Source of the DNA: Verrucomicrobiota bacterium
Lineage (GTDB): Bacteria; Verrucomicrobiota; Verrucomicrobiia; Opitutales; Coraliomargaritaceae
Direction of reading: 5' to 3'
DNA length: 42,150 nt
NCBI GenBank assembly: GCA_039815375.1
Contig: JBCBZJ010000025.1
Coordinates: 1 to 42,150 of the forward strand
A model generated the notes under the pieces. The model was not told the DNA's origin, made no database searches, and saw only the letters and a program-made list of their open reading frames with translations. This document shows, piece after piece, positions 1-11,524 of this stretch. The translations under genes were made by a program, and so were the position numbers. Position 1 is the stretch's first letter, and every line of letters begins with the position of its first letter.

Positions 1-1
1 C

Positions 2-1423
2 CGCTTCAGAACAGCGAAGCAAAACAGAGAGATCATTGCACAGCTTGCGGATGGAAGGATCGATATCGTCATAGGCACCCATCGCCTTCTGAGCCATGAT
101 GTGCATTTTAACAACCTTGGCCTGCTCGTAGTCGATGAGGAGCAGCGTTTCGGTGTAAAACAGAAGGAAACAATCAAAAAGCTGCGTGCCGACATCGACA
201 TCCTGACCTTAAGTGCCACACCGATCCCACGGACCCTCTATATGGCGATGGCTGGTGCCCGTGCGATGAGCGTCATCGAAACCCCGCCAGTCGACCGCCG
301 ACCTATCGAAACCGTCGTCCGAAGCTACGATGAAGGCCTCATCAAGAGCGCAATTCAGGCCGAGACTGATCGCGGTGGTCAGGTTTTTTATCTCCATAAT
401 CGTGTGGCCTCCATCGAAGGTGTTGCACGCATGATCGAAGAGATGCATCCAAAACTTCGTGTCGCGGTTGGCCATGGACAGATGGAAGAACGGCAACTCG
501 AAAAAATCATGACGAAGTTCGTCGCTGGAGACTATGACGTGCTGGTTTGCACAACCATCATCGAATCCGGCATCGATATCCCGAATTGTAATACACTCAT
601 CATTGAAGGTGCCGACCGCTTCGGTCTGGCTCAGCTCTACCAGATTCGGGGGCGGGTCGGCCGGTTTAAAAGGCAGGCATACGCTTATCTCCTGCTTCAC
701 CGCCACGCTGCGCTTGTCGATCAGGCCCAAAAGCGGCTGAATGCCCTCAAGCAGCACAATCAGCTCGGTGCCGGTTTCCGCATCGCGATGAGAGATCTCG
801 AGCTGCGCGGCGCAGGTAATCTCCTTGGCGCACAACAAAGTGGCCACATTGCGGGCATTGGCTTCGAACTCTACTGCCAGTTGCTCAAGCAAAGCGTCTC
901 GCGCCTCAAAGGCGAGGCCGGGGCGGACCGCATACGTGCCGAAGTGAAGCTCGATTTCATCGCCAGCGGTGAAGGTGGCGGTAAATCACGCCAAACCAGC
1001 GGCAGCTTCAGCTTCGCAGCGATTAAGGAAGCGGAGTTTCGAGGTGATGTTAAGATTGTCGAAGCATCTCTACCGCTTGATTATATCGCAGAACCACGCC
1101 TGCGAATCGATCTTTACAGGCGCCTCGCTTTAGCCGAAGAACCCGAAACGGTTCGGAAAATTTCGGCCGAACTGGAAGACCGTTTCGGCAAACCACCGTC
1201 TGCCGTCCGGGCCTTGATTGCCGTGAGTGAGATTCGCGTGCTCGCCGAGCTCGCTGGGGTTCGACGTGTTGAAAGCGAGGCAGAGCGCCTTATCTGCCGT
1301 CTAGCACAGACCGAGTCTGGCAAGGAATTCCTGAAATCCGGCACACGCTTCCCCCGCCTAAAATCGAAGGACCCTCTCAAGCGTTTGGTTGAAATTCAGC
1401 ACTTTCTTGCGCGGCACAGCTAG
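2..1423 (+). CDS. mfd: Transcription-repair coupling factor, C-terminal part (truncated by window start)
   Basis: Frame open from position 2 (RFRTAKQ...[10 protein letters not shown]). Contains [29 protein letters not shown] and [19 protein letters not shown], plus a C-terminal TRCF domain (LEDRFGKPP). Confidence 0.97.
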   Translation, partial: RFRTAKQNREIIAQLADGRIDIVIGTHRLLSHDVHFNNLGLLVVDEEQRFGVKQKETIKKLRADIDILTLSATPIPRTLYMAMAGARAMSVIETPPVDRRPIETVVRSYDEGLIKSAIQAETDRGGQVFYLHNRVASIEGVARMIEEMHPKLRVAVGHGQMEERQLEKIMTKFVAGDYDVLVCTTIIESGIDIPNCNTLIIEGADRFGLAQLYQIRGRVGRFKRQAYAYLLLHRHAALVDQAQKRLNALKQHNQLGAGFRIAMRDLELRGAGNLLGAQQSGHIAGIGFELYCQLLKQSVSRLKGEAGADRIRAEVKLDFIASGEGGGKSRQTSGSFSFAAIKEAEFRGDVKIVEASLPLDYIAEPRLRIDLYRRLALAEEPETVRKISAELEDRFGKPPSAVRALIAVSEIRVLAELAGVRRVESEAERLICRLAQTESGKEFLKSGTRFPRLKSKDPLKRLVEIQHFLARHS

Positions 1424-1473
1424 ACCAGAAGCAGAAAACTTGACGAGCAACTCTGTGCGGGTTGCATGTTCGA

Positions 1474-2403
1474 ATGCCCGGACCAGTTGCAGTTATTGAT
1501 GCAGGAAGCAATTCCATCAAGCTGCTGGTTGCGCAAAAGAGTGAGGAAGGGAGGATTGAGACTCTCCTTTCCGAAACCAAAGAAACACGTATCAGCGATG
1601 GTATAAGCAGAGAGCTCCCCCGCCTCCGTCTACAGGCCATGATCCGAGGTAGTGATACCATTATGGAATTGGCTAGGCTCGCCCGTGAATATGAGCCGTC
1701 TGACATCATCATTGTCGCAACCAGCGCTGTGCGCGACGCCGTTAATGGTTATGACTTCATTGACCGCGTAGAAGATTCTACAGGACTAAGAATGCGCCTC
1801 CTCAGTGGAACTGAAGAAGCGAACTACATCGGCCTCGGCATTTCTCATGATCCGGCGCTGGATGGCGTCGAGAATTTTTTACAGGTTGACATCGGAGGTG
1901 GTAGTCTGGAGCTCGTTCGCTTCAAAAAAGGCGAAATCAAGCATGCCATTTCGCTGAGGCTTGGTGCCGTGCGCATGAACGAACGCTTTCTTTCCGATTC
2001 GGATGGTCCAATTCTCCGAAATGGTGAAGCAGCCTTGAGTGCTTTCGTCCGAGCCGAGCTCGCGATGTCCGATTTCAAATTTTCGCCGAAGTCATGGCCC
2101 CTTGTCGCCACCGGTGGCGCCTTTGCTGTGTGCCGGGCTATTCTGGCAGCACAACGTGGACAATCGATCGATAGCCGGAATCCAACAATGGACCTCGGCG
2201 AACTCGTAGAATTAAAGAACCGTTTGTGTGATATGTCGCTAAGAGCGCGCGCGGAAGTCCCGCACCTTCCTTCATCAAGAGCCGACATTATACCGGCTGC
2301 GCTGATCACCATCGTTTCACTCCTCAATCATATCAATCGCACAAGTCTAACCCACTCTTTCTATAACCTGCGCTACGGTGTGGCTGCGGAGATGCTTCAA
2401 TGA
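1474..2403 (+). CDS. Ppx/GppA family phosphatase (short form, no C-terminal HD domain)
   Basis: Motifs [38 protein letters not shown] and RADII. ATG 1474 preferred over TTG 1462. Confidence 0.9.
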   Translation: MPGPVAVIDAGSNSIKLLVAQKSEEGRIETLLSETKETRISDGISRELPRLRLQAMIRGSDTIMELARLAREYEPSDIIIVATSAVRDAVNGYDFIDRVEDSTGLRMRLLSGTEEANYIGLGISHDPALDGVENFLQVDIGGGSLELVRFKKGEIKHAISLRLGAVRMNERFLSDSDGPILRNGEAALSAFVRAELAMSDFKFSPKSWPLVATGGAFAVCRAILAAQRGQSIDSRNPTMDLGELVELKNRLCDMSLRARAEVPHLPSSRADIIPAALITIVSLLNHINRTSLTHSFYNLRYGVAAEMLQ

Positions 2404-3239
2404 ACGAATACGAGCTTTTGGATAGCGGCCATGGTCGCAAACTCGAACGCTTCGGCAAAGTCATCCTTGACCGCCCTTGCGCGCAAGCTGTCTGGTCACC
2501 TCAACAGGAAAGGATATGGAAGCAGGCCGACGCTTACTTCACCCGTAAACAGGGTCTTGAGTGGCGTGGGCGAGAGCAACTGCCGGACTCCTGGGTTGCA
2601 TCAGTAAACAGTATCAGGATGAAGCTCTCCACGACAGACTTCGGCCATCTCGGAGTTTTTCCCGAAACAAGAAGTATGTGGGACTGGATCACGAAAACGA
2701 TCCGAAGGGAAACAGCTCAAAGAGAAAAACAAATGAATTTCCTCAATCTCTTTGCCTACTCCGGCGGTGCCACGCTTGCCGGAGCAAAAGGCGGCGCAAG
2801 CTGCTGCCACGTCGACGCCTCAAAGGGTATGGTTCAATGGGCCCGTGAAAACGCCAGGCTCAATAATCTGGAAGATCATCCGATTCGCTGGATCGTCGAC
2901 GACGTGAACAAGTTTCTGCAGCGCGAGATCCGAAGGGGACGCCGGTATGATGCTGTGCTTCTGGATCCCCCGTCCTTCGGACGTGGCAAGGGCGGTGAGC
3001 TCTACAAAATCGAGCACGCCCTACTCGAAACCCTCGAACTCGTCAAAAAAGTGCTCAGCGAACATCCCTGCTTTGTCTATCTGACAAGTCATACACCAGG
3101 ATTCAGTCCAAATGTATTGAAAAATCTAATACATCAGCTTCTTGGCCAGGGAGTGGTTGAATGCGGGGAAATGCTTTTGACCGGTTCACCTGAGACCTAC
3201 CCTGTGCCGAGCGGCACCTGGGCACGCTGGAATGCCTAA
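2400..3239 (+). CDS. Class I SAM-dependent methyltransferase (RlmI/RlmK-like)
   Basis: Motifs [18 protein letters not shown] and [14 protein letters not shown] overlap with the upstream gene. Confidence 0.88.
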   Translation: MNEYELLDSGHGRKLERFGKVILDRPCAQAVWSPQQERIWKQADAYFTRKQGLEWRGREQLPDSWVASVNSIRMKLSTTDFGHLGVFPETRSMWDWITKTIRRETAQREKQMNFLNLFAYSGGATLAGAKGGASCCHVDASKGMVQWARENARLNNLEDHPIRWIVDDVNKFLQREIRRGRRYDAVLLDPPSFGRGKGGELYKIEHALLETLELVKKVLSEHPCFVYLTSHTPGFSPNVLKNLIHQLLGQGVVECGEMLLTGSPETYPVPSGTWARWNA

Positions 3240-3281
3240 TTCGCCTTGTGAAGGCCTAGTAATAGCTATAATCTGCTTAAA

Positions 3282-3998
3282 ATGCCGGAAAGCCCGAATA
3301 CCTTTCGTTATACTTTTGCCATTGATGACGAACAACTGAGCTTTGAGATTGATACATCCATAAGAGATCTTACGGCAACAGAAGATACGGATGACGCACT
3401 TCCGAAATGGACCCGACTGGAGCACAATCAATGCATCTGCTGCCCTCTTCAGTCCGATACGCAAAGCCACTGCCCGGCAGCAGTTCGCATGCATGAGGCG
3501 TTGGAAACATTCAAGAATTTCCAATCAGTCGACAAAGTCAGCCTGAATGTCGAAACCAAACGACGCAGCTATCAACAGGAGTGTGATCTTCAGAGTGGGC
3601 TCAACTCCATGCTCGGGCTGCTCATGGCAACCAGCGGCTGCCCAATAGTTGGTAAACTCAGAACCATGGCTACCTTCCACCTACCCTTCTCTTCCTTGGG
3701 AGAAACACTCTATCGCACTGTCGGTGCCTACTTGACCAAGCAGTATTTTGAAAAGCAGGACGGCAATGAGCCCGACTGGGATCTAAAAGGCCTGATAAAA
3801 TTCTACGAGGAACTCGAGATTCTAAATCACGCGTTTTCTCGGCGTATTCGAGATATTGAACAGAGTGACGCTATTTCTAATGCAATAGTTATGTTCTTCG
3901 CTTCTTCTGTCGTTGTAGCATCCGCACTCGACGAACGCCTGGAAGAATACCGCGACTACTTCACCGGAGCTTCAGGCGTTTCACCCGATGGCGATTGA
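3282..3998 (+). CDS. Conserved hypothetical Cys-rich protein (DUF6901-like)
   Basis: 238-aa ORF with WTRLEHNQCICCPL, HCPAA, ATSGCP and FHLPF. Family name is from recall and not verified. Confidence 0.6.
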   Translation: MPESPNTFRYTFAIDDEQLSFEIDTSIRDLTATEDTDDALPKWTRLEHNQCICCPLQSDTQSHCPAAVRMHEALETFKNFQSVDKVSLNVETKRRSYQQECDLQSGLNSMLGLLMATSGCPIVGKLRTMATFHLPFSSLGETLYRTVGAYLTKQYFEKQDGNEPDWDLKGLIKFYEELEILNHAFSRRIRDIEQSDAISNAIVMFFASSVVVASALDERLEEYRDYFTGASGVSPDGD

Positions 3999-5831
3999 TT
4001 AAATTTCGGACTCATGATTTTTCGCCTGCCCGGCACCCGTTGGGATATGAATACTCTCAATCATTTCCACCACATGTGCAGGCGGTTTCTCGGTAAAACT
4101 TGAAACAGCAAAGGCCACGGCAAAGTTAATCAACATGCCAACAAAACCGATTCCCTCAGGCGTGATTCCCATCAAATATTGATCAGGTGTGCCACCAAGA
4201 AACTGGAAGTAGGTAATGTAGGTAAAGGTAAAGAGAATGCCCGAGAGCATTCCTGCGATCGCACCCGCACGATTCATTCTCTTTGAAAAAATACCCATCA
4301 GAAGAGTCGGGAAGAAAGATGATGCTGCCAAGCCGAAGGCAAAAGCCACTGTTTTGGCAATGAACGCGGACGGCGGATTGATGCCGAAATAAACCGCCAC
4401 CGCCAGCGCAACAAAGGAAGCAAATCGGGCGTAATTGACTTCTTCTTTATCTGTCAGATTCGGATTGATGATCTTCTTCATCAGGTCGTGCGAAATCGAT
4501 GTAGAGAGAACAAGGAGAAGCCCTGCTGCTGTGGATAATGCTGCAGCAATACAACCGGCCATCAGAAACGCGATAACCCACTTCGGCAAACCTGCCATAT
4601 GAGGATTTGCCATGACCATGATATCGTTACCAAACCAAAGCTCATTCGGATTGGAATCGTCCGCCTTATTGGCCAAAAGGCGCTCTCCATATCTCCCTGT
4701 AAGCTGCTCTTCGGTTGCCTGATCAGTGGGATAGGTCGGTGCCTTGCCTTGGAAAACTGCGTTCGTGCCCGCTTCGGATTTTGCAGGACCGTAGTATTGA
4801 ATCTTGCCATCGCCATTCTTATCAACCCAAACCATCTGGCCGGTTTCTTCGAACTCCTTCACCCAGTATGGTGCTTCGCTATAAGGCGTATTGTGGAGCT
4901 CAGTAATAAGATTGACGCGGGCAAATGCTCCGATCGTGGGAGCCGTCAGGTAAATCACCGCGATAAAAAGAAGCGTCCAGCAAGCCGATTTGCGAACTGC
5001 TTTCACATTCTTAACCGTAAAGAAACGGACAATCACATGGGGAAGCCCCGCAGTGCCGCACATCAAAGCTGCCGTTATACAGAACATATTGATCGTATCC
5101 ATTTTTCCGATCGTAAATTCGCTAAAGCCGAGCTCCGTGTTGATATTGTTCAGCTTCTCCAGAAACGGAACCGATTCACCACCAGCCGTGAAGTTCCCCA
5201 CCAAACCGAGTTGCGGAACGAAGTTGTTGGTCAAAGCGATGGCAATAAAGACGGCCGGAATCGTGTAGGAAAATGACATTACGCAATACTGTGCCACTTG
5301 CGTATAGGTAATTCCTTTCATGCCACCAAGACCGGCATAGAAGAACACGATTGCACCACCCGTGATCACACCGGAAGTGATGCTGAGACCGAAGAGTTGA
5401 GAAAAAACCACGCCCACGCCGCGCATTTGCCCCATTATATAGGTCATACAAATGAAAATGGCGCAGCCCACCGCAACACCACGTGCAAGCTTTGAGTAAT
5501 AGCGATCTCCAATAAAGTCAGGGACAGTCGCTTTGTTGAATTTGCGAAGGTAAGGCACCATCAGAACGGTCAGGAGCACAAACCCGCCGGTCCAGCCCAT
5601 CAGGAAACGTGAGGCGTCATAACCACTGATTGCAATCGCACCAGCCATTGAGATAAAGGTCGCTGCTGACATCCAATCAGCCGCCGTAGCCATACCGTTG
5701 GCAAATGAAGAGACGTGGCCACCTGCAGTGTAGTATTCCTTCGTCGATGCTGCCCGGGACCGAACCGCAATCGTTATGTAGATCGCGAAAGAGAGCCCGA
5801 TAAAGATGAAATTAAGAGTATCTTGATTCAT
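3999..5831 (-). CDS. Sodium:solute symporter (ActP / VC_2705-like subfamily)
   Basis: Motifs [27 protein letters not shown] and [15 protein letters not shown], with many TM segments. Confidence 0.92.
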   Translation of the reverse strand: MNQDTLNFIFIGLSFAIYITIAVRSRAASTKEYYTAGGHVSSFANGMATAADWMSAATFISMAGAIAISGYDASRFLMGWTGGFVLLTVLMVPYLRKFNKATVPDFIGDRYYSKLARGVAVGCAIFICMTYIMGQMRGVGVVFSQLFGLSITSGVITGGAIVFFYAGLGGMKGITYTQVAQYCVMSFSYTIPAVFIAIALTNNFVPQLGLVGNFTAGGESVPFLEKLNNINTELGFSEFTIGKMDTINMFCITAALMCGTAGLPHVIVRFFTVKNVKAVRKSACWTLLFIAVIYLTAPTIGAFARVNLITELHNTPYSEAPYWVKEFEETGQMVWVDKNGDGKIQYYGPAKSEAGTNAVFQGKAPTYPTDQATEEQLTGRYGERLLANKADDSNPNELWFGNDIMVMANPHMAGLPKWVIAFLMAGCIAAALSTAAGLLLVLSTSISHDLMKKIINPNLTDKEEVNYARFASFVALAVAVYFGINPPSAFIAKTVAFAFGLAASSFFPTLLMGIFSKRMNRAGAIAGMLSGILFTFTYITYFQFLGGTPDQYLMGITPEGIGFVGMLINFAVAFAVSSFTEKPPAHVVEMIESIHIPTGAGQAKNHESEI

Positions 5832-5839
5832 ACCAGTGC

Positions 5840-6106
5840 TTACTTGTCCTCGCTGTAGCCATGCTTGGCATCGAGGCGATTCATGAAGAAGGCATAAGCG
5901 ATCAAGATCAGAACGAATCCAATAATCGAGCCCTGCTGCGCCATCCAGAATCCAAATGGCGCATTACCGATACTGGGAAAGTTCACATCCAGCCAATCTC
6001 TCAGCAAGATGCCACATCCAAAACTAATCGTAAACCAGACAGCAAGGAGGACCAAAGTCAGTTGGCCACAAGCTCTCCTATGAGCGCGGGAGTTATCTTC
6101 AGGCAT
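5840..6106 (-). CDS. Small membrane partner of the symporter (DUF4212-like)
   Basis: Motif [12 protein letters not shown], two TM helices, 8 bp upstream of the symporter. Confidence 0.85.
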   Translation of the reverse strand: MPEDNSRAHRRACGQLTLVLLAVWFTISFGCGILLRDWLDVNFPSIGNAPFGFWMAQQGSIIGFVLILIAYAFFMNRLDAKHGYSEDK

Positions 6107-6190
6107 AGTAGGGTCAGTAAAAGTAGTAACGATAGTTTTGAACTCATTGCGCTCATGGCAAGCGAGGAGAATCGGCTAAAGATCGGTTAT

Positions 6191-6952
6191 TTAACCGACC
6201 AGAACGCTGAGCCAAAGCCTGAATGAAACGAGTATGATAACTATGGCCGTTAAAAGCCTAACACGCCCAGAAGGCAGTCTGGAGCTGAGAAGAGAGCTCC
6301 CTACTCGTCCACCTACCAACACAGCGAGTGGGCAGGCAACGAGCAAAACAGTGGGTATTTGTTCCAAGGGAGAACTATCCTTCGCAAACTGCCCCAGGAG
6401 CCCCGACAGGCTATTCAAGGCGATAAAAAGCGAAGTGCAGGCTGCGATCACCTGAGGTCGCGCCCAACACATTAAATGCATCACGGGGGCCAGATAAATC
6501 CCTCCGCCGATTCCGGTTATGCCGGCAAGTGAGCCCAGAATGACACCGGTTCCAAGCAGAATCCAGATTCGGGGTCTTCGAGGTGAGTCAAGACTAACAC
6601 TATTTATTGATCCCTGAATCAACATTGCCAGTCCCGCAAGACTAAGCGCTATAGCCAGAATGAGTGTAAAAGCCTCCTCAGGAAGTCGCCAAGCACCACC
6701 TAGAAACGCGCACGGGATCGATCCAAGAAGCAGAGGAGCAAGGATCGACCATTCTGCGTATCCACGCTTAACAAGTAACGCACTTCCCTGCGAGCTCACC
6801 ACGAGATTGCAGATCAGGGCCAGAACAGGAACCGCAGTAAGTGGTAGACCACTTATTGCCAGCAAAGCAATGTAGGTCGAACCACCTCCAAAGCCCACCA
6901 TGGCATAAAGCCAAGCAACCGCTAAAAAGATGATCGGAAAAATAAGATACAC
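6191..6952 (-). CDS. Sulfite exporter TauE/SafE family membrane protein
   Basis: Motifs YAMVGFGGGS and GITGIGGGIYLAP, hydrophobic throughout. Confidence 0.88.
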   Translation of the reverse strand: MYLIFPIIFLAVAWLYAMVGFGGGSTYIALLAISGLPLTAVPVLALICNLVVSSQGSALLVKRGYAEWSILAPLLLGSIPCAFLGGAWRLPEEAFTLILAIALSLAGLAMLIQGSINSVSLDSPRRPRIWILLGTGVILGSLAGITGIGGGIYLAPVMHLMCWARPQVIAACTSLFIALNSLSGLLGQFAKDSSPLEQIPTVLLVACPLAVLVGGRVGSSLLSSRLPSGRVRLLTAIVIILVSFRLWLSVLVG

Positions 6953-6998
6953 TTCAAACTCTACCCCAAAAAGCGTTTCGCTTTAACAGAGCAATGCG

Positions 6999-8264
6999 CT
7001 AGCCTAGCGGCAACTCGTTGGCCCAGAGGTCTTCGGGCTTTTGACGTTTGCGAATGAGCCTAGGTTCGCCGGAAGAATTGAGCATCACCTCTGCTGCTTC
7101 AGGAAATGAGTTATAATGTTTTGCAGCCATACCGGAACAGTAGGCACCTGCCCCATCAATGGCGCAAAGATCGCCGATTTCAGCAACTGGCAGCGTTCGC
7201 GTCGAAAGAAGCTCCGGATCAGCTGATGCAGGCGTGAGAATATCACCTGATTCGCAACAGTGCCCGGCGATCATGTAGTCTCGGACCTCCGTAGCCGGCT
7301 CCGGCTGTAAGATGCTGATCGTATGCTGCGCACCATACATGGAAGGGCGCAGGTTTTCGGTCATACCGGAATCGAGCTTAAGAAACTCGTAGCCATCAGG
7401 ACCAGTCGAGACAATATCCTGCACCATGGAGAGAACGGTACCCGCATTAGCGACAAGAAAAGTGCCGGGCTCAATTTCAAGATGCAGCTCACGACCGGTT
7501 TCCGCTGCAAATTGTTCAAAGAGCTCGCGAACCGGCGCACCGCATTCCTGAAGGTCTGTTGCTTTTTCATCACCCACGCGGGCGACCTTGTAACCACCTC
7601 CGAGATTTAAAGTCGTGACCGTTTCGAACTCACGGACCAAATCTAGGCTCATTTTGGAAGTCTTCTGCCAGACTGCAGGATCACTGCCTGAGCCAATATG
7701 TGTGTGAATTCGGACAACATTCAGTTTCGCAGCCTCGACAATCGCTTTTACCCTATCGGTCAATTCATGCCAGATGCCGAAGCTGGAGGAAGGACCACCA
7801 ACATTCGTGCGGTTGTTACCGCCGGAACCGGCACCGGGATTAAAGCGTAAACCGATTTCGCGGCCGGGAAATGCAGCTGCAAAACGTTCGAGCTGGTTGA
7901 TTGAACAGGCGTTGATCGCAATACCCAATTCGTAGAGCTCTGCAAAATCATCCGGTAGCTCCTGACTACTAAGGCTGATTTTCTCGGGCTCGATGCCTGC
8001 AGCGATGGCACGGCGCACCTCATAGCCGGAGCTGGCGTCAATCCAGAGGCCAAGCGAATGAAAGAGCTTCAGAATCGCTGCGTTCGGCAAAGCCTTCATC
8101 GCGTAGCGAACCGTCAAGCCATAAGCGTTCGGAAAAGCCAAAGTGGCTTCGGCTGCAGCCTCAAGCGCAGCCTGATCATAAACATAGATCGGCGTGCCGA
8201 ATGCATCGGCAAGCTTACGTGCAGAATCGTAACTAAGAAAACTGGGCTGTGGAAAATCGACCAT
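6999..8264 (-). CDS. lysA: Diaminopimelate decarboxylase
   Basis: Motifs RYAMKA (PLP Lys), [26 protein letters not shown] and GAYC. Confidence 0.9.
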   Translation of the reverse strand: MVDFPQPSFLSYDSARKLADAFGTPIYVYDQAALEAAAEATLAFPNAYGLTVRYAMKALPNAAILKLFHSLGLWIDASSGYEVRRAIAAGIEPEKISLSSQELPDDFAELYELGIAINACSINQLERFAAAFPGREIGLRFNPGAGSGGNNRTNVGGPSSSFGIWHELTDRVKAIVEAAKLNVVRIHTHIGSGSDPAVWQKTSKMSLDLVREFETVTTLNLGGGYKVARVGDEKATDLQECGAPVRELFEQFAAETGRELHLEIEPGTFLVANAGTVLSMVQDIVSTGPDGYEFLKLDSGMTENLRPSMYGAQHTISILQPEPATEVRDYMIAGHCCESGDILTPASADPELLSTRTLPVAEIGDLCAIDGAGAYCSGMAAKHYNSFPEAAEVMLNSSGEPRLIRKRQKPEDLWANELPLG

Positions 8265-8375
8265 TTGGCTAGCAAACGGGGCTCTCGCCCTCTGGCAAGT
8301 GCGATGTCAGGAATCGATGATCAATAGCCTTAGCTATTGAAGGTCGCTGTAAACTGTCTATCTACTTGGTGTGTC

Positions 8376-8789
8376 ATGGAAGATGATTTGCCTCCGACAA
8401 CTACCAAATCGATCAAGGATAACACCAATACGATGGGCATGCTTTGCCACTTGCTTTCCTTGGTCGCGCTCCTGGGCATCCCCTTTGGCAATATTATCGG
8501 CCCCTTGGTGATCTGGCTGATTAAACGCGAAGAGAGCAGCTTTGTAGAAGATTGCGGCAAGGAATCAGTCAATTTTCAGATCTCGGTTACCCTTTACGGA
8601 GTGGGAATCTCTTTGATCTCCTTTCCCACGATTATTATTCCGTTCATCGGCTTTCTAACGATGCCTGTCGCAATGCTTGCCCTTGTGGCTCTCTTCATAT
8701 TTACTCTTGTTCAAGTGGTGATTGCTTCGATTAAGGCAAGCGAAGGCAGCTATTACGAGTACCCCTACTCAATCCGCTTTATTAAATAG
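8376..8789 (+). CDS. DUF4870-like membrane protein
   Basis: Motifs MLCHL, IIGPLVIWLIKR, KESVNFQIS and YEYPYSIRFIK. Confidence 0.85.
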   Translation: MEDDLPPTTTKSIKDNTNTMGMLCHLLSLVALLGIPFGNIIGPLVIWLIKREESSFVEDCGKESVNFQISVTLYGVGISLISFPTIIIPFIGFLTMPVAMLALVALFIFTLVQVVIASIKASEGSYYEYPYSIRFIK

Positions 8790-8842
8790 ACGCGTAGCAA
8801 ATTACGGTAACACGTCCTATCCTAAGCTTATAGCAGGTTCTT

Positions 8843-9688
8843 ATGAAACCAAAAGAAAACTCCCGTTTATCACAACTAAAGAGTCAACTGGAGGACCCGA
8901 ACTTTACAGGTTGCTTAGTGGGTATCCAAAAAGAGGATACAGCCCTTGTCGATGAGGCACTTAGTATCGCAACCACCTATGCGATCATACCGATTTCGGG
9001 CTTTCGAGTTGGCGCTCTGGCATTTGGTAGCTCCGGCAAGTGCTATCTTGGTGCAAATATGGAGATCACGGGAGCTCCCTTAAATGCCAGCCTGCATGCA
9101 GAACAATCGGCGGTGTTAAATGCCTGGATGCACGGAGAGCTTGCGATCGATTCGCTCTTTGTCTCCGAGTTACCATGTGGGCATTGCCGTCAGTTTCTCC
9201 TCGAGCTTCACGATGCGGCCAACTTGATAATTGTAACCCGAGGCACGAAAACTACCCTTTCGGATTTAATACCCAACGCTTTTGGAGATCCACGACCCAA
9301 AGGGCATGGACTTCTGGACGGCCCCGGACAACCTGTCGTTATCGCTCGCCCGACCGATCGAGATAACGACCAAAGAGCTGTCAATGCCGCCAGCAAGAGC
9401 TATGCGCCATACACCAATTCGCCTGAAGGCTTTGTCATTGAATCCATCAGTGGGCATCGCTTCATAGGCCGTGCGGCAGAGAGCGTTGCCTTCAATCCAA
9501 GCGTGCCCGCAGTGATCACAGCTCTCAACCAGAGAAATCTCTCTGCACATCGAAAAGACTACATCGACAACTGCACCCATGCGAAGCTGGCAACGGCACT
9601 GAAAAGCACGCTACGCTTTTCTGAGGCAGTCATTGAGAGGATCTGTAGTGCCCGAGTTGAGAGTGTACTAATGGAAAGTGCAGACTAG
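8843..9688 (+). CDS. cdd: Cytidine deaminase (long, homodimeric type)
   Basis: Motifs [20 protein letters not shown] and PCGHCRQFL, with second-domain SYAPYT and ESVAFNPS. Confidence 0.9.
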   Translation: MKPKENSRLSQLKSQLEDPNFTGCLVGIQKEDTALVDEALSIATTYAIIPISGFRVGALAFGSSGKCYLGANMEITGAPLNASLHAEQSAVLNAWMHGELAIDSLFVSELPCGHCRQFLLELHDAANLIIVTRGTKTTLSDLIPNAFGDPRPKGHGLLDGPGQPVVIARPTDRDNDQRAVNAASKSYAPYTNSPEGFVIESISGHRFIGRAAESVAFNPSVPAVITALNQRNLSAHRKDYIDNCTHAKLATALKSTLRFSEAVIERICSARVESVLMESAD

Positions 9689-10521
9689 GATTTTGCTGTC
9701 TCCATCGCACTCGGCATATCGATACGCAGACGCTGACGACCTCGGAAATAATAAAGGTCCGTGAAGCCTTTTTTTCTCAGCATCGGCAAAACCCAATTGA
9801 AATACTGACCCACTGAATCAGGGCGATGGGAATCAGAGCCAATGGTCAACATGACTCCCATCTCACTTGCCCAATCTAGAATCAGCGGGTCCGGATGCAC
9901 TTCGTAGGCGCCCTTCGTGAGCCCGCTGGTATTTACTTCAATACAAATATCCTCATCGACCACAGCCTGTAGGAACTCTCGAATCACGCCTTCGTGATCT
10001 GCAGGCTTAAAATCGCCGACCACTCCATAAGTTCTAATTACATCAGGGTGAGACATACTGTCGTAGCGACCCGATTGTGCGCCATCAATAAGATGCCGGA
10101 AGTAGCTATCGATCCGCATGGCATCTTTCTTGACTTTGTTATCAGCCAACCAACTAAGATAACTCGGACACTGTGCGTGCAGGGAGCCAAGAACAAAGTC
10201 CCAAGGATGGTTCTCCAGAATCTCATCCATTTTTTGCATATGATCTTCGCCGGGAAAGACCTCGGCCTCGATTCCACAAAGCACTTCAACGCCCAGCGGA
10301 ATGGCCAATTCAGCTGTTTCAGACACAAGCTGAAGGTAGTCGCCGATCTGGTCTTTCCGCATACGGATTCCCTCCTGGCCAAAGGCTTCCCAGTCCATCG
10401 GGATATGGCAGGTAATCGTAATCAAATCAAGACCACGCTCTTTCGCTTCTCGAGCATACTCAATGGGTTTACCCACTGCATGGCCGCAAAGCGGAGTGTG
10501 CATGTGACAATCGACTCGCAT
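9685..10521 (-). CDS. Histidinol-phosphatase, PHP (HisJ/HisK) family
   Basis: Motifs [32 protein letters not shown] and IGSDSH. Confidence 0.85.
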   Translation of the reverse strand: MRVDCHMHTPLCGHAVGKPIEYAREAKERGLDLITITCHIPMDWEAFGQEGIRMRKDQIGDYLQLVSETAELAIPLGVEVLCGIEAEVFPGEDHMQKMDEILENHPWDFVLGSLHAQCPSYLSWLADNKVKKDAMRIDSYFRHLIDGAQSGRYDSMSHPDVIRTYGVVGDFKPADHEGVIREFLQAVVDEDICIEVNTSGLTKGAYEVHPDPLILDWASEMGVMLTIGSDSHRPDSVGQYFNWVLPMLRKKGFTDLYYFRGRQRLRIDMPSAMETAKS

Positions 10522-10629
10522 TAGTAAGAAAATAAAAATTTGTGCAGATTCATGAACAGCTTAAAACTATAGATCAAAGCATCTGGAATTTGTTTTTTAA
10601 AAGGTCTGTGCTAACTTTTGCATTATTAG

Positions 10630-11157
10630 ATGAATCACTACAATTACCAAACCTCACTCAAACAGATCTGGACAGACGCAGTCGCGAAATACGAGGCCGG
10701 AAACCGGGAACCGGAGAACTACTTTGATGAAGACACCCTCGCGGATCTCGCCAGTGTAGGCCTCAACACCATGGACGTCTATGATTACGCAGAAGACTAC
10801 GTTAGCGGCGGCGAACCTGACTTTGAGACCTTTTTAATGGTCTGTGAAGCTCGTCGCGACTACTTCTTTACCGAGCAGAAGGGCGAGCTATCCTCAAATA
10901 GACTAGATAGTTTGACACTTCCTGCCAAAAGTGAGGCAATCGAAGGCATCGTTTGGTTGCCTCGTATTATGCCAAAGGCACTTGCAAAACTGCGAGGGGA
11001 ACTGCCCCCGGAAACGATGTATGGCTGTGGCGGTGACCGGCGCTTTTTCAAGGAGAACAGTATCCACCCTGCAGAATTTCTCAGAGCATCCTGGGCCTAT
11101 CAGGACGAACCCGAGAGACTCATCAAGTGGGTGCTCGCACGTCGCTCCGAGAGTTGA
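10630..11157 (+). CDS. DUF5069-like protein
   Basis: Motif GIVWLPRIMPKALAKLRGELPPETMYGCGGDRRF. Family name is from recall. Confidence 0.7.
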   Translation: MNHYNYQTSLKQIWTDAVAKYEAGNREPENYFDEDTLADLASVGLNTMDVYDYAEDYVSGGEPDFETFLMVCEARRDYFFTEQKGELSSNRLDSLTLPAKSEAIEGIVWLPRIMPKALAKLRGELPPETMYGCGGDRRFFKENSIHPAEFLRASWAYQDEPERLIKWVLARRSES

Positions 11158-11188
11158 CAAGACTACACTTATTCACACTAAAAAAACC

Positions 11189-11524
11189 ATGAAGATTATC
11201 GCTTACCTAAAACCGACCTGTGGCTGGAGCATGGGTGTTCGTGCCATTATGAATAAATACGGGCTCGAATACGAGGACCGGGACATCATCAACAATCCGG
11301 ATATCTACGCAGAGATGGTCGAAAAGTCAGGGCAACCACTCTCCCCCTGTGTCGAAATCGATGGCCAAATGCTCGCGGATGTGAGCGGTGAGGAAGTTGA
11401 GAACTACATGCTTAGTAATGGCCTGATCGAAGCCAATGACATGGCCCCGGACGCACCAACAAATGCTCCGTGCACCGACGAAGAGCACGAGGCAATGCGG
11501 ACAAAAACTATTCGATTCTTCTAG
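11189..11524 (+). CDS. Glutaredoxin-family protein (monothiol CGWS)
   Basis: Sequence MKIIAYLKPTCGWS...KSGQPLSPCVEIDG. ATG at 11189 lies within the longer track ORF. Confidence 0.85.
   Translation: MKIIAYLKPTCGWSMGVRAIMNKYGLEYEDRDIINNPDIYAEMVEKSGQPLSPCVEIDGQMLADVSGEEVENYMLSNGLIEANDMAPDAPTNAPCTDEEHEAMRTKTIRFF

Noticed and set aside
209..892. 227-aa minus-strand ORF and many similar antisense ORFs (e.g. 4599-5276, 15078-15668, 16420-17049, 28114-28839, 31513-32091)
   Set aside because: They lie opposite well-supported genes and have no recognisable motifs, so they are shadow ORFs.
10931..11188. N-terminal extension of the glutaredoxin ORF
   Set aside because: It overlaps the upstream gene in another frame. 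The Grx fold begins at ATG 11189.
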